Positions 28,393 to 39,666 of a DNA stretch of 64,000 bases are shown piece after piece (position 1 is the first letter of the stretch; every line of letters begins with the position of its first letter). Source of the stretch: Candidatus Sericytochromatia bacterium (GTDB lineage Bacteria > Cyanobacteriota > Sericytochromatia > UBA7694 > JACMQJ01); contig JAXLXH010000001.1 in NCBI GenBank assembly GCA_046328015.1, forward strand, positions 2,546,350 to 2,610,349. Reading direction: 5' to 3'. The notes under the pieces are model-generated. The model searched no databases. It worked only from the letters and a program-made list of their open reading frames with translations, and was not told the DNA's origin. The translations under genes and the position numbers were made by a program.

Positions 28393-30756
28393 ATGTCATC
28401 ATCATTTGATTTTATTTTGAATATAATAAATAAAATTAGTAAAAAACTAAATATAACTAATATTTATTCTTTTAATGAAGATGATTTAATTATTGATTTA
28501 CCTTTAAAAAAAATTGCTTTAAGCAAAGTCATCGAAGAAACTAAAAATGAAGAAGTTTTTATTGGGTTTTTAAAAAATATTCCTATATATACTATAATAA
28601 AAAATTTAAATATAGAAAAAGATCTTTTTCTGATTAATCTAAGTAATATAGAATTATCTTTTGGAATTAAAAATACTTTAAAAAGAAATGACATAAATAT
28701 TTTAAATATAAATCCTGATATTTCTATTATTTATAAAACTAAAAATCAAGTACTTATTGATTTTATAACTAAAATAACTTATTTTTCAAATTTTATAAAT
28801 ACTACTAAAACAGAAACTGATTATCATAATTATATAAATTTAAATTCTGAAAAAATAGATTTATTTAGATCTGATATAAGAATAGCTAATTTATATAACG
28901 ATATAAATTCTGGAAAATATAAAGTCTTATCTATAGATTTTTTTGATACTTTAGTTTTTAGATTATGTTCTATGCCAAATGGATTATTTCTTACTTTATA
29001 TAAAAAACTTTTAAAAGAAGGTCTTATTGAAGATATTTATAATAAAGAAGAATTTATGGTTATAAGACAAGTAGCAGAAGTATCAGCAAGACAAGAATTA
29101 ATAAAAAATGGTGTAGTAGAAATAACAATAGAGCAAATATATGCTAAATTAATTAATTTAATTAGTGATATTCCTAAAGCAATAGATATAGAAAAAAATT
29201 TAGAAATAGAATTTTGTTTTGTTAATCCCTTTTTAGAGTCATTAATAAAATATGCTAAAGCTAAAGGTATAACTATAATTATTACTTCTGATATGTACTT
29301 AGCTCAAACTGATTTAAAAAATATTTTAGCTAATAATAATTTTGATGTATCTTTGATAGATTATTTTTTTGTATCATCAGAATATAATGCTTCTAAATAT
29401 GATAAAACACTTTATTATAAAATTTTTAATTATTTTAATATAAAATCAAATGAATTAATTCATATAGGCGATAATATTGGTTCCGATTATAATAATGCAG
29501 TTGAATTAGGAATAAAATCTTATCTTTACATAGATCATCAGTATTTATTAAATTCAAGACAAGGTGAAGGTTACTTAATTAATCATAAATTAAATGATTA
29601 TTCTAATATAGCTTTTAGAAAAATTTTTTCTAATATGTTTATAAGTGAAGATGTGAAAGAAAATATTCTTTTTAAATTAGGTACAACTACTTTAGCACCA
29701 ATTCTAACCTCTTATATTTATTGGGTATTATTTGAAGCAAAAAGAAAGAATATAAAAAATATTTTAGTAGTAATGAGAGATGGTGATATTTTTGCAGAAA
29801 TGCTTAAAAAAGTATCTTTATCTTTAGACTATGATTTAAATATAGCGTATTTTTATAGTTCCAGATTATCATCTATTTTACCAGCACTTTATGAAGATCT
29901 TTCTATAGATAACTTAATTATTTCTACTAGGTTTTTACTTAATACAGAAAATAAATTTGCAGAAACCAAAACTATTTTAAGTAAATTAAGTTTAACTTTT
30001 TCTGATAGTTTTTTTTATGAACATAAATTACCTAAAATTGTTGAGCTTGATAATGAAAATCTTGGTAATTTTTTTAAAAAAATATTATCTACAGATTTAA
30101 AAGAACAATTAGAATATTTAATAAAAGAAAGAACGTCAAATTTTTTAGAGTACACTTTATCTTTAATAACAGAAAATAACTCTAATGAAAATATAGGTAT
30201 TATTGATTTGGGTTATGGAGGAAGTGTTCAAAGTTTTTTACAAAGAATTTTTAAACATAAAAAAATAAATTATACCTTATATGGATTATATCTATTTACT
30301 AATAAGGGTATATTAGATAAGCCTTTAAAAGAAAAAAGTTTTTATAAGTCTTATTTATCATCTGTATTTTTTTCTAGTAGTTTGATTAATTCTTATTCAA
30401 CCCATTTAGGTGTTTTTGAAACAATATTATCTTCTTTAGTTGGAACGGCTGTCAATTATAATGATAATTTTTTAGGAGTGAATCAAGAATTGGCTGAAGT
30501 AAAAGAAAGTTCTACTTATAAAGTAATTAATAAAATAAAAGAGGGGATTCTTTTATATAATGATTTTTATACTAAAATAGTAAGTTCAAAAAAAGATTTA
30601 TTTTTAAATTATTTTTTTGATAAGAATTATATATTACAAGAAAATTCAGCTATTTTAGCCAGATTCCATGCTATGCCTTTCGAAGAAGAATTAGCTGTTT
30701 TAAATACATTAGATTGTAAAATATGGTTAGAAGAAAGTCTTAAAAATAAAAAATAG
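28393..30756 (+). CDS. 787-aa fusion protein: unknown N-terminal domain + HAD-superfamily hydrolase core + about 400-aa uncharacterised C-terminal domain
   Basis: HAD motif I 'VLSIDFFDTLVFR' (DxDT), motif II 'IITSD', motif IV 'IHIGDNIGSDYNNA'. No match recalled for the flanking domains. Confidence 0.55.
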   Translation: MSSSFDFILNIINKISKKLNITNIYSFNEDDLIIDLPLKKIALSKVIEETKNEEVFIGFLKNIPIYTIIKNLNIEKDLFLINLSNIELSFGIKNTLKRNDINILNINPDISIIYKTKNQVLIDFITKITYFSNFINTTKTETDYHNYINLNSEKIDLFRSDIRIANLYNDINSGKYKVLSIDFFDTLVFRLCSMPNGLFLTLYKKLLKEGLIEDIYNKEEFMVIRQVAEVSARQELIKNGVVEITIEQIYAKLINLISDIPKAIDIEKNLEIEFCFVNPFLESLIKYAKAKGITIIITSDMYLAQTDLKNILANNNFDVSLIDYFFVSSEYNASKYDKTLYYKIFNYFNIKSNELIHIGDNIGSDYNNAVELGIKSYLYIDHQYLLNSRQGEGYLINHKLNDYSNIAFRKIFSNMFISEDVKENILFKLGTTTLAPILTSYIYWVLFEAKRKNIKNILVVMRDGDIFAEMLKKVSLSLDYDLNIAYFYSSRLSSILPALYEDLSIDNLIISTRFLLNTENKFAETKTILSKLSLTFSDSFFYEHKLPKIVELDNENLGNFFKKILSTDLKEQLEYLIKERTSNFLEYTLSLITENNSNENIGIIDLGYGGSVQSFLQRIFKHKKINYTLYGLYLFTNKGILDKPLKEKSFYKSYLSSVFFSSSLINSYSTHLGVFETILSSLVGTAVNYNDNFLGVNQELAEVKESSTYKVINKIKEGILLYNDFYTKIVSSKKDLFLNYFFDKNYILQENSAILARFHAMPFEEELAVLNTLDCKIWLEESLKNKK

Positions 30757-30820
30757 TATTTATATAAAAGTAAATTTAAATATTAAAAAAAGTTGCTAGT
30801 ACACTGTAAAGTAAGTCTTA

Positions 30821-30917
30821 CATAACTCATCCCCCTACCCCTTCTCTTTGTTAAAAGAGAAGGGGAGAAAGTTAAGATACCCCTCTCTAATGACTTAGAG
30901 AGGGGTTGGGGTGAGTT
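30821..30917. repeat. family-D MITE copy 2, itself inserted inside a 12-bp inverted repeat (aagttgctagta / tactagcaactt)
   Basis: Direct repeat of 27467-27563. The flanks at 30790-30801 and 30938-30949 are perfect inverted repeats. Confidence 0.8.
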
Positions 30918-30926
30918 AAGATAAAA

Positions 30927-30964
30927 AGAATTTTTTGATACTAGCAACTTAGATTAATTAAATA
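30927..30964. repeat. about 38-bp element 'atttaat(taat)ctaagttgctagta.aaaaaatt.ttttta' (reverse-complemented here); second copy at 35690..35728
   Basis: Near-identical sequence immediately 3' of two minus-strand genes (flotillin, ddl). Confidence 0.55.
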
Positions 30965-30971
30965 AAAATAC

Positions 30972-33029
30972 TTATTCTGAAATAGAATTCATAATTTTAT
31001 CTTTCATTTTTTTAATTTTTTCATTATCATCTTTTTTATTGGTTAAATCTACTCCCAATTTTTCACTTAAGATTAAAGAGATAAGAGCTTCAAAGGCATT
31101 AAAACTACTATTATTTTCAGCATTTCCTCCCATACTAATAATAGTTTTAGGAACAATATCTATATTACCTTGTTTGATAGCATCAGTAAAACGAACCATT
31201 ATATCTTGCATAATTTGATATTTAGCTCCACCATAAGCATTAACTTGTTCTTCCATTGCTATAGCTTTGCCTATACCTACTTGAGCTTCTTTTTCAGCTT
31301 CAGCTTCAGCTATTTTTTTAATTTTTTCTGATTCTCCATCAGCTAAAATTCTTATTTTTTCAGCCTCACCATTTGCAAGGGTTCTTATTTTCTCTGCTTC
31401 GGCAGAAGCTAATATTTTTATTTTTTCAGCTTCTTGTGTTGCTTTTTTATATTCAGCTTTACCTTTATTTTCTTCTACTTCTATATCTATAGATGAAGCT
31501 GTAAGATTTTTTTGTTGTTCAGCTTTGGCTTCAGATTCTCTTAATTCCCTTTCTTTAGTAGCAGCTCTTTGTTGAACTTCATAGGTTTTTACTTTTTCTT
31601 CTGCAATTTGTCTTTCTCTTAGTTGAGTAAGTATAGTTTCTATTTTAGTATCATTAGGAGAACTGCTAGGAGTACCTATTAAAACTTCTTCTAATTCTAA
31701 ATTATATCTATCAAATTTTTCAGCCATTTCTGTATGAGCTATATCTTGTAATTCTCTTCTATTATGAATTAACTCAATTAAAGTTTTAGTTTGACCAATA
31801 TTTTTGAAATAAGAACTTATCATAGGATCTAAAGATTGTTCAACTAATTTTGTAATATCTCCAAATCTTTGTATAACTAAGGGAGCTTTTTTATAATCTA
31901 TATGTATTACTATACTAAGAGGTAGTAAAGGTTCAAAAGCATCTTTGGTTATAAGAGAAACTTCTTTTAAGTTTTCATCGTATTTATGTGTTCCAAATTG
32001 AGTACTAATCCATTTTAAAATAATATTGGTAGTTGGAACTGGAATTATTTTACCAGAATAAGTGTTAAAAGCATATTTACCAGGCATTAAAGGTTCACTC
32101 CAAACACCACTATAACCTTTTTCTACTAATTCTCCATGAGTGTAAGCATCCCCTGATTGATCTGTTCCTTTTTCTCCGGTATAAGATACAACTACTCCTA
32201 CATAACCAACATCAATTATAGTTTTATTTATTAGTTCAACAGTAGCAAAAAGTCTATTAATATAATAAGTTCCATCTACTAAAACGTGATGTTGTCTTCC
32301 TCTAAAACCTCCAGCTAATAAAAATTTTTCTATATCTTGAAAATTATTATGATAAGTAGCTTGGTTATTAGGATTATCTCCAACAATAGGAGCTATAATT
32401 TGTCCATTTGGTAAAGATTTACCATCATGAGTAGTTAATATTCCAATTTTATCTTCATTTCCTCTTATTACTATAGGATAAAAAGCATCTCTAGCTAATA
32501 ATACTTTATGCATGTTATCTACAGCATCTTTTTCTGTTGTATTTTCTAGAGGAAAATAATAAACTCTATTCGATGTAAATATTATAAATTGAGCAAGATT
32601 AAAAGCATAAGTTCCTTCTCTTACGATTTCTCTTTGTTGTCCTTTTTGTCCACCATTATATAAAAAACCTCTAACATCTTGAAAGTTATTTCCTTTACTT
32701 ACAACTTTAGCTAAAGTTTGTGTTGGATCTAAAGGTTTTCCATCTCTTGCAAATACATATCCTATTTGTCCTTGTGGAATAGTAACAAGTGGTAAAATAT
32801 GTATTTTATACATAATAGGAGATCTAAAATGGATACCTCCTCTTAAAACTTCTGCTTGAATACCAGCTTCTCCATCTAAAGCTATAATTTTATCACTTAA
32901 AGAGCCTTTTGGTGACCACCATTTTTCTACAATTCCTATTTTATTGTTAGGTATAATTCTAAGTCCCATAATTTTTAAAACAATAAAACTTATACCTATA
33001 AAAGTAATTAAAAAAACTAAAAAATTCAT
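30972..33029 (-). CDS. flotillin / SPFH (band-7) family membrane protein, long form
   Basis: N-terminal TM, SPFH domain, C-terminal 'EAEKIR..ADGE.EKI' flotillin repeats and 'MGG' tail. No adjacent NfeD partner. Confidence 0.75.
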   Translation of the reverse strand: MNFLVFLITFIGISFIVLKIMGLRIIPNNKIGIVEKWWSPKGSLSDKIIALDGEAGIQAEVLRGGIHFRSPIMYKIHILPLVTIPQGQIGYVFARDGKPLDPTQTLAKVVSKGNNFQDVRGFLYNGGQKGQQREIVREGTYAFNLAQFIIFTSNRVYYFPLENTTEKDAVDNMHKVLLARDAFYPIVIRGNEDKIGILTTHDGKSLPNGQIIAPIVGDNPNNQATYHNNFQDIEKFLLAGGFRGRQHHVLVDGTYYINRLFATVELINKTIIDVGYVGVVVSYTGEKGTDQSGDAYTHGELVEKGYSGVWSEPLMPGKYAFNTYSGKIIPVPTTNIILKWISTQFGTHKYDENLKEVSLITKDAFEPLLPLSIVIHIDYKKAPLVIQRFGDITKLVEQSLDPMISSYFKNIGQTKTLIELIHNRRELQDIAHTEMAEKFDRYNLELEEVLIGTPSSSPNDTKIETILTQLRERQIAEEKVKTYEVQQRAATKERELRESEAKAEQQKNLTASSIDIEVEENKGKAEYKKATQEAEKIKILASAEAEKIRTLANGEAEKIRILADGESEKIKKIAEAEAEKEAQVGIGKAIAMEEQVNAYGGAKYQIMQDIMVRFTDAIKQGNIDIVPKTIISMGGNAENNSSFNAFEALISLILSEKLGVDLTNKKDDNEKIKKMKDKIMNSISE

Positions 33030-33594
33030 AAATTTTCTACCTCATAAACAATATAGATGATTTTTAGACAAAACAAATAAATTAGTTAATAAAAACTATA
33101 TTTATAACTATATTTATTTTTATTCGAAATGATTACATATAACTTGATTTGAAGATTCTAAAAAGTTTAAACTACTTTAGGATCTTTATTATTAATGCAT
33201 GATTTTGTTTTAAATTAACTCAGGACTAATATTGATTTTAAGTGTAATTTCATAAAAAGATTTTTTATTATACCTACATTAGGTATATAATTTTTTTTAG
33301 AGCCCTTAATCTTTTTGTAGCTAATAATAGCTTTCATTTTTTTACCTATACTTAGTTGTTACTATGTTGAACAACTTATAATTATTATATCACTTTAAAA
33401 AAAAATTTAAATAGTTTTTTATTTGTTTTTTACTAATATAAATAATAATATATTTATTTATATTAAAAATTTAGCTGTTAATCTTAAAGATAAAAAAATA
33501 AGCTTAATTTATTAATAATATAAGATATTTTTTTACTTATTTAAAATGTAAATTTTTATATACAATCAATTTAAGACATTATTTAAGTTTAATT

Positions 33595-35247
33595 TTATTT
33601 TTTATCTTTAATTAATTTTTCAGTTTGCCCAGTTCTCATATATAAGTTAATTAGGTTACTATAGGCTTTACTAAAATTTGGATCTAATTTTAAAGCTTCA
33701 TTATAAAACTTTTCTGCTCTTTTATCATTTTTATTCATTTCATAACAAAAACCTATATTATTATAAGCAGTTGCATTTTTTTTAATATTTAGAGCCTTTT
33801 CTGAAAATTTTATACAATTTAAAGCATCTTTATTTTCTAAATAAGCAAAACCTAAATTAATAAAATCTGATTCATTTTTAGAACCTAATTCTATACTTTT
33901 TAAATAATAAGGAATTGATTCTTTATATTTATTTTGATTTATATAATTATCTCCTATTAAAGAGGTAATATTATAATTTTTTGAATCAAGTTTTAAAGCT
34001 TTTATTAAATAGGTTTCACTATCTCTAAATTGAGAAAATCTTTTATATAAATCAGCTATTTCTAAATAAATTGAAGTATTTTTATTCTTATTAGATAATT
34101 CTTTTTCATTTAAAAGATATTTTTCATAAAAAAATTCAGCTTTATCAAGGTTATTTGTTACGTTATAAAAATAAGCTAATTCATAATTTATTTTATTTGT
34201 TTTTTCTTTGGATAATAAATTTTTAGTTATTTTGTTAAATATTTGATCATTATTTAAAATAGAAAATAGATATAATTTTAAAAGTTCTTTATTATTATCA
34301 AATTTTATTAGCTCAAGCCCTTTTTTTATTAATGAAGTATTTTTACTTAGTTTATTAGTTATATCATAATATTTTTTACTATTTTCTTTATCATTAATTA
34401 AATAATAAAAAGAAGCTAGACAAAAATATCCATAAGGACTTTTGGGAAAAATATTAACAAATTCTTTCATATGATTTATAGCTTTATTTATATTGTTTTC
34501 TTCTAAATATATAAATGATATGTTATAAAAAGCTTCAAACGATTTTTTATTTATTTTTATTAGTTTTTCATAATATTGAATGGCTTGATTATTATTATTA
34601 TCCAATTGTTCTGAATAAGCTAAAAAAAGTAAAGCATTCTGGTTATCAGGATTATTTAAAAGTAATTCTTCAGACATTTTTTTGCAGAAAAATATATAAT
34701 TTTTATTTTTTAAATTACTTTCTTCTAAAAAAAATGAAATTAATTCTTCTAAATCTTTGGTATTATTTGATTTATTTAAAAAATTTTCAGCTGTTTTTAT
34801 AAATAAATCATTTGAATATAATTGATTTTCTACTTCTTTTAAAGATTTTATATTATTAATTACTTCATTATATTTTTTGTCTAATAAAAAAATTTGAGAT
34901 TTAATTAAATAAGCTTCTTTATTTTTTTTATTTAAACTGATACATTTATCTATAAATTTTAAAGCTTTATCGTATTCATTTTTTTCTAAATATATTCTAC
35001 CTATTTCTAAATTTGTATAATAATAAAATTCATTTATAAATTCTTCTTTTTTATTTGAATTTTTTTCTATAAGTCCAAATTTTAAAGGGAAAATATTTTT
35101 TTCTAAACTTTTTTCTAAATAGAATAAACATTTATTTTTTTCATTTAAGTTTTTATAGGCATTAGCTAAAATAAATAGTTCTATAGAATTAAGAGTTTCT
35201 TTTTTATTTTCTATTAAATCAATAGTTTTTTTGTAATAACCCATCAT
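33595..35247 (-). CDS. TPR-repeat protein; 5' region (35248..35590) appears frameshifted
   Basis: Multiple TPR-like 'A..Y.' repeats. Upstream in other frames there is a signal peptide (MNKKFILTLSSILFCFF at about 35590) and further TPR-like sequence, separated by at least 2 frame breaks. Confidence 0.6.
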   Translation of the reverse strand: MMGYYKKTIDLIENKKETLNSIELFILANAYKNLNEKNKCLFYLEKSLEKNIFPLKFGLIEKNSNKKEEFINEFYYYTNLEIGRIYLEKNEYDKALKFIDKCISLNKKNKEAYLIKSQIFLLDKKYNEVINNIKSLKEVENQLYSNDLFIKTAENFLNKSNNTKDLEELISFFLEESNLKNKNYIFFCKKMSEELLLNNPDNQNALLFLAYSEQLDNNNNQAIQYYEKLIKINKKSFEAFYNISFIYLEENNINKAINHMKEFVNIFPKSPYGYFCLASFYYLINDKENSKKYYDITNKLSKNTSLIKKGLELIKFDNNKELLKLYLFSILNNDQIFNKITKNLLSKEKTNKINYELAYFYNVTNNLDKAEFFYEKYLLNEKELSNKNKNTSIYLEIADLYKRFSQFRDSETYLIKALKLDSKNYNITSLIGDNYINQNKYKESIPYYLKSIELGSKNESDFINLGFAYLENKDALNCIKFSEKALNIKKNATAYNNIGFCYEMNKNDKRAEKFYNEALKLDPNFSKAYSNLINLYMRTGQTEKLIKDKK

Positions 35248-35689
35248 ATTTAATGAATTATAGTAATTAATTGGATATTCTAATTTTATATTATTATTAA
35301 TAGCTTTTTCAGAATAATATAAAGCTTTATTATATCTACTATTTTCAGAATAAGTTGTTTGCTAATTTTTCATAAATATCTTTATTATTTTTATTTTCAT
35401 TTAGAGTTTTTTCTAAATATTCTATAGAAGTATAATATTCTTCTTTTTCAAATAATTCTATACCTTTTATAATTATTTTCTGTTTTATTTTGAATATTTA
35501 TATTATTAGATTTTGAGTAGCTAATATTAGAATAATTAAAAAAACAAAATAAAATAGAACTTAAAGTTAAAATAAATTTTTTATTCATAATAAAACCAAA
35601 AAAAGATAATATAAAATTGTACTTTAATTTTAATATTTTTAAAAGTAATAAAATAGATTGAATAAAAATTCAATCTATTTAGTTTATAT

Positions 35690-35728
35690 ATTTAATCTAA
35701 GTTGCTAGTATAAAAAAAATTTTTTATA
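35690..35728. repeat. second copy of the 'aagttgctagta'-containing 3' element
   Basis: 'atttaatctaagttgctagtataaaaaaaattttttat', compare 30927..30964. Preceded by the hairpin 'agattgaataaaaattcaatct'. Confidence 0.5.
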
Positions 35729-35737
35729 TTATAGATT

Positions 35738-36809
<1,072 letters not shown>

Positions 36810-37280
36810 ATTAACCTCAAATTTTTTATGTTTCAAATTTATCTAAAAAATCATTTAACCATAAATCAGCTTCTTCTAATGAATTAAAGTATTCAGATTC
36901 CAAGATTCTTTATCAGATATAGAAGAAAAAATTTAACATAAAAAACTTTTTTTCCGCTATTTCCAAAACTAAAAGCTTTATCACCAACTTTAGCTTCTAA
37001 TATTTCTGTTTTATAAATGTAATCTAAATTATATCTAGTAGTTTCATCTATTCTTAAAAATTTTGCCATAATAAAAACCATAAAAAACATTTTATATCTA
37101 CATTCTAGAATTTTATCATAGTATAGTTTTTAATTATTTTTTTTGGAAAAAATGTTTATAATTTTTTAGTACGATATATCATATTTTAAGTAATAATATG
37201 TTTCTTAAAGAAACCTTAACCTAAAAGGATTATTATAATTTTTACTGGTATAATATATATTTGAAGGGAGGTGATTTAAA

Positions 37281-37355
37281 ATGGGATGGACAACCATAAT
37301 ACAAATGTTTACTGGAATGTCTAGTTTAGTCTCAGTAGAAAAAGAGGAAAATTAA
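37281..37355 (+). CDS. 24-aa small peptide ORF (MGWTTIIQMFTGMSSLVSVEKEEN) behind a perfect Shine-Dalgarno; Fst-like type I toxin candidate
   Basis: 'GGGAGGTGA' 9 nt upstream of the ATG. Hydrophobic core with an acidic tail. A GC hairpin lies 140 nt downstream (37496-37520). Confidence 0.3.
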   Translation: MGWTTIIQMFTGMSSLVSVEKEEN

Positions 37356-37495
37356 TAAACTAGAAAAATTTCATTACAACGGCGTAATGATTCAAAAAAA
37401 ATTCAAAAAATTGCAAAAACTTTTAAGACTAAAAATATAATCAAAAAAATATCAAAATGTTGTATAATTAAATAAGAATTACTTTTTTAGAGAAG

Positions 37496-37520
37496 AAACT
37501 TGTTTCCGCGCTGGAAACTT
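37496..37520. repeat. GC-rich hairpin 'aaacttgtttccgcgctggaaactt' (family E)
   Basis: Isolated GC palindrome in the AT desert. Paralogous to 40488..40510. Confidence 0.6.
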
Positions 37521-39666
37521 AAAACTATATTTATTTGCTAAAAATTAAAAAAATCTACTTAATATTTCTATTATTAATCCAAAAAAAATGATAATATTTA
37601 TAGGAAATAAAGGAAATGAAAAAAATATAATAATAAAAATATCAAACTTATTATAAAAAATTTTATTGAAAATATATTGAATTGTAAAAAAAGAGAGAAC
37701 ATATATAAAGTAAAAAATAATGAAAAAAATATAGTTTCATCTAACATATTAAAAAAACTATATTTTTTAATAAAAAAAGTATTAATATCTATTATTTCTT
37801 CTTTTTCTTATAGAAAAAAATAATTTATTATGTACAATAATAAAAATATAAAAAAATAATAGAATAAATTTATTACTGTTAAACTAAAAGAAAATTTAAA
37901 CAGTTTATCTAAATTTTCTTTTGCTTCAAAAACATTTATTAATAATTCTCTTTTTACTTTATTTATTAAAATAATTATATAAGTTGATATAAAAGGAGAT
38001 AATATTAATCCATAAAAAAGTGTTTCTAAGCTTCTATCTCTAATATTTTTAACCTGATTTCTATTATTTTTTAATTATAACAAAATTTTTTTATAAAATC
38101 TGAAAAGATTTTTCAATGAAAAAACTTTAGTGATCATTATAACTAAAATTAAAAAATAGGTTTTTATTAGTGAATATATTAGTTTAAATAAAAATGTATT
38201 GATAAAGATATTTTTATTCTGAAACTTAATTTAAATTAATTAGTATGCTAATTAAATATGTATAGTTTAAAATTTATAATCCTTATAATAAAAGTTACTT
38301 TTGTTTTTTAAGGAAAATTTATTTTAAAATAATAAGGAAAGTTTTTTTATTTAATATATAGAGTCTTAGAATATAAATAAACTAGAAATATAAGATATAA
38401 AAGTTTGTCTAAAATTTTTTTTACAAAAAAAATTTTAGACAAATAAAGTATTTTTATAAAGTGAGAACGCCTTTCTTTGTAGTTTTTTTGAGAGACAATA
38501 ATGTAAATAAAAAAATGTTGATAATTATAAAACTAATTAGAATAACTATGATTATAGTTTTATTTAATTTTTCAGGATTAAATTATAAAATGTTTTTTAT
38601 AGAGGAAAAATATATAAAGTAAAATTTTCACGAAGAAAAACTTTTGTTTATTTTATAATAAAAATACTAGGTATAAGTTTTTTTGGAATAAAATGAATTT
38701 TTTTATATACAAAAAAATAAATTATCAATAATAGCTATAAGTTTATATAATCAATGTATTAAACTTTCCATTATTGATAATTCATATTATCAATAATAGA
38801 AATATCGTTCAAATATATAATTATAACAGCCTTTTATTTTAGTTTTCTCAAGAAAAATTTTTTATTTTTAAAACAAAATCTATTTGATAAAATAAAATTA
38901 AACAAAAGAAAAATAGTGATTTAAATAACAATATAATTTATTTTTGATTTTTAAAATACTTTTTTCTTATTTAATAAGAATATATTCAGAAATTAAATTA
39001 CTTTCTTATAATTAATTTAAATTAATTAGTAAACTAACTATATTAGGTTTTCATGATTAACTTTTACCTAAAAAAGAGTTATAATAAAATTATTCTAATT
39101 TAAATAATAAAATTGAGTGGAAATTTACCTAAAAAAATAATTTAAATAATATAGAATTAAATGGAAATATTTTCATATTTAATTCTATTGATATAGATTT
39201 ACTAATATATTTTTTGCCTATTAGTAAAAATATTGATTTTTTTCTTCAAGGAAAAAACTAATTCCTAATCAATATGATTTTAAAAGCTTTAAAATATAAA
39301 GGTAAAAATAAATACAAATTTACTCTAAAAATATAAAAATAATACTTATGTTTTTGATATTCATGATGAAAAGAAAAATTTTATTTATAATATAAATGTA
39401 TTTATTAATGATAAATTAGAACTTTCTGAAAAATAAATTATAAAAATAATAATAATCTATCTATAAATTTTGCAGTAAGTTTTTTCAAAAAACAATATTA
39501 ATTTTTTTAGGTATATTAATTTACCTTTTTATTCAAAAATAATAAATGATTTTATAATAATAATATATATACTTATTTTTTATATGATACTCTCACCTTT
39601 TTATATTTTATATAAAGAGCATATTTTAGTAAAAAAAGAATTAGATTTTATTTTAATAAAAATATT

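Noticed and set aside
36810-37090. Small reverse-strand ORF (MAKFLRIDETTRYNLDY...) upstream of ddl as a real gene
   Set aside because: It appears to continue in another frame (…SEYFNSLEEADLWLNDFLDKFETKNL…) after a frame break and matches no family I recognise. It is most likely another decayed gene, which is too uncertain to call.
37530-39660. Chromosomal oriC in the AT-rich desert
   Set aside because: I found no TTATCCACA-like DnaA boxes, and no dnaA, dnaN or gidA genes nearby. The repeats present ('attatcaataat', 'aatttaaattaattagta') do not match DnaA-box consensus. I kept it only as a low-confidence 'iteron-like' observation.
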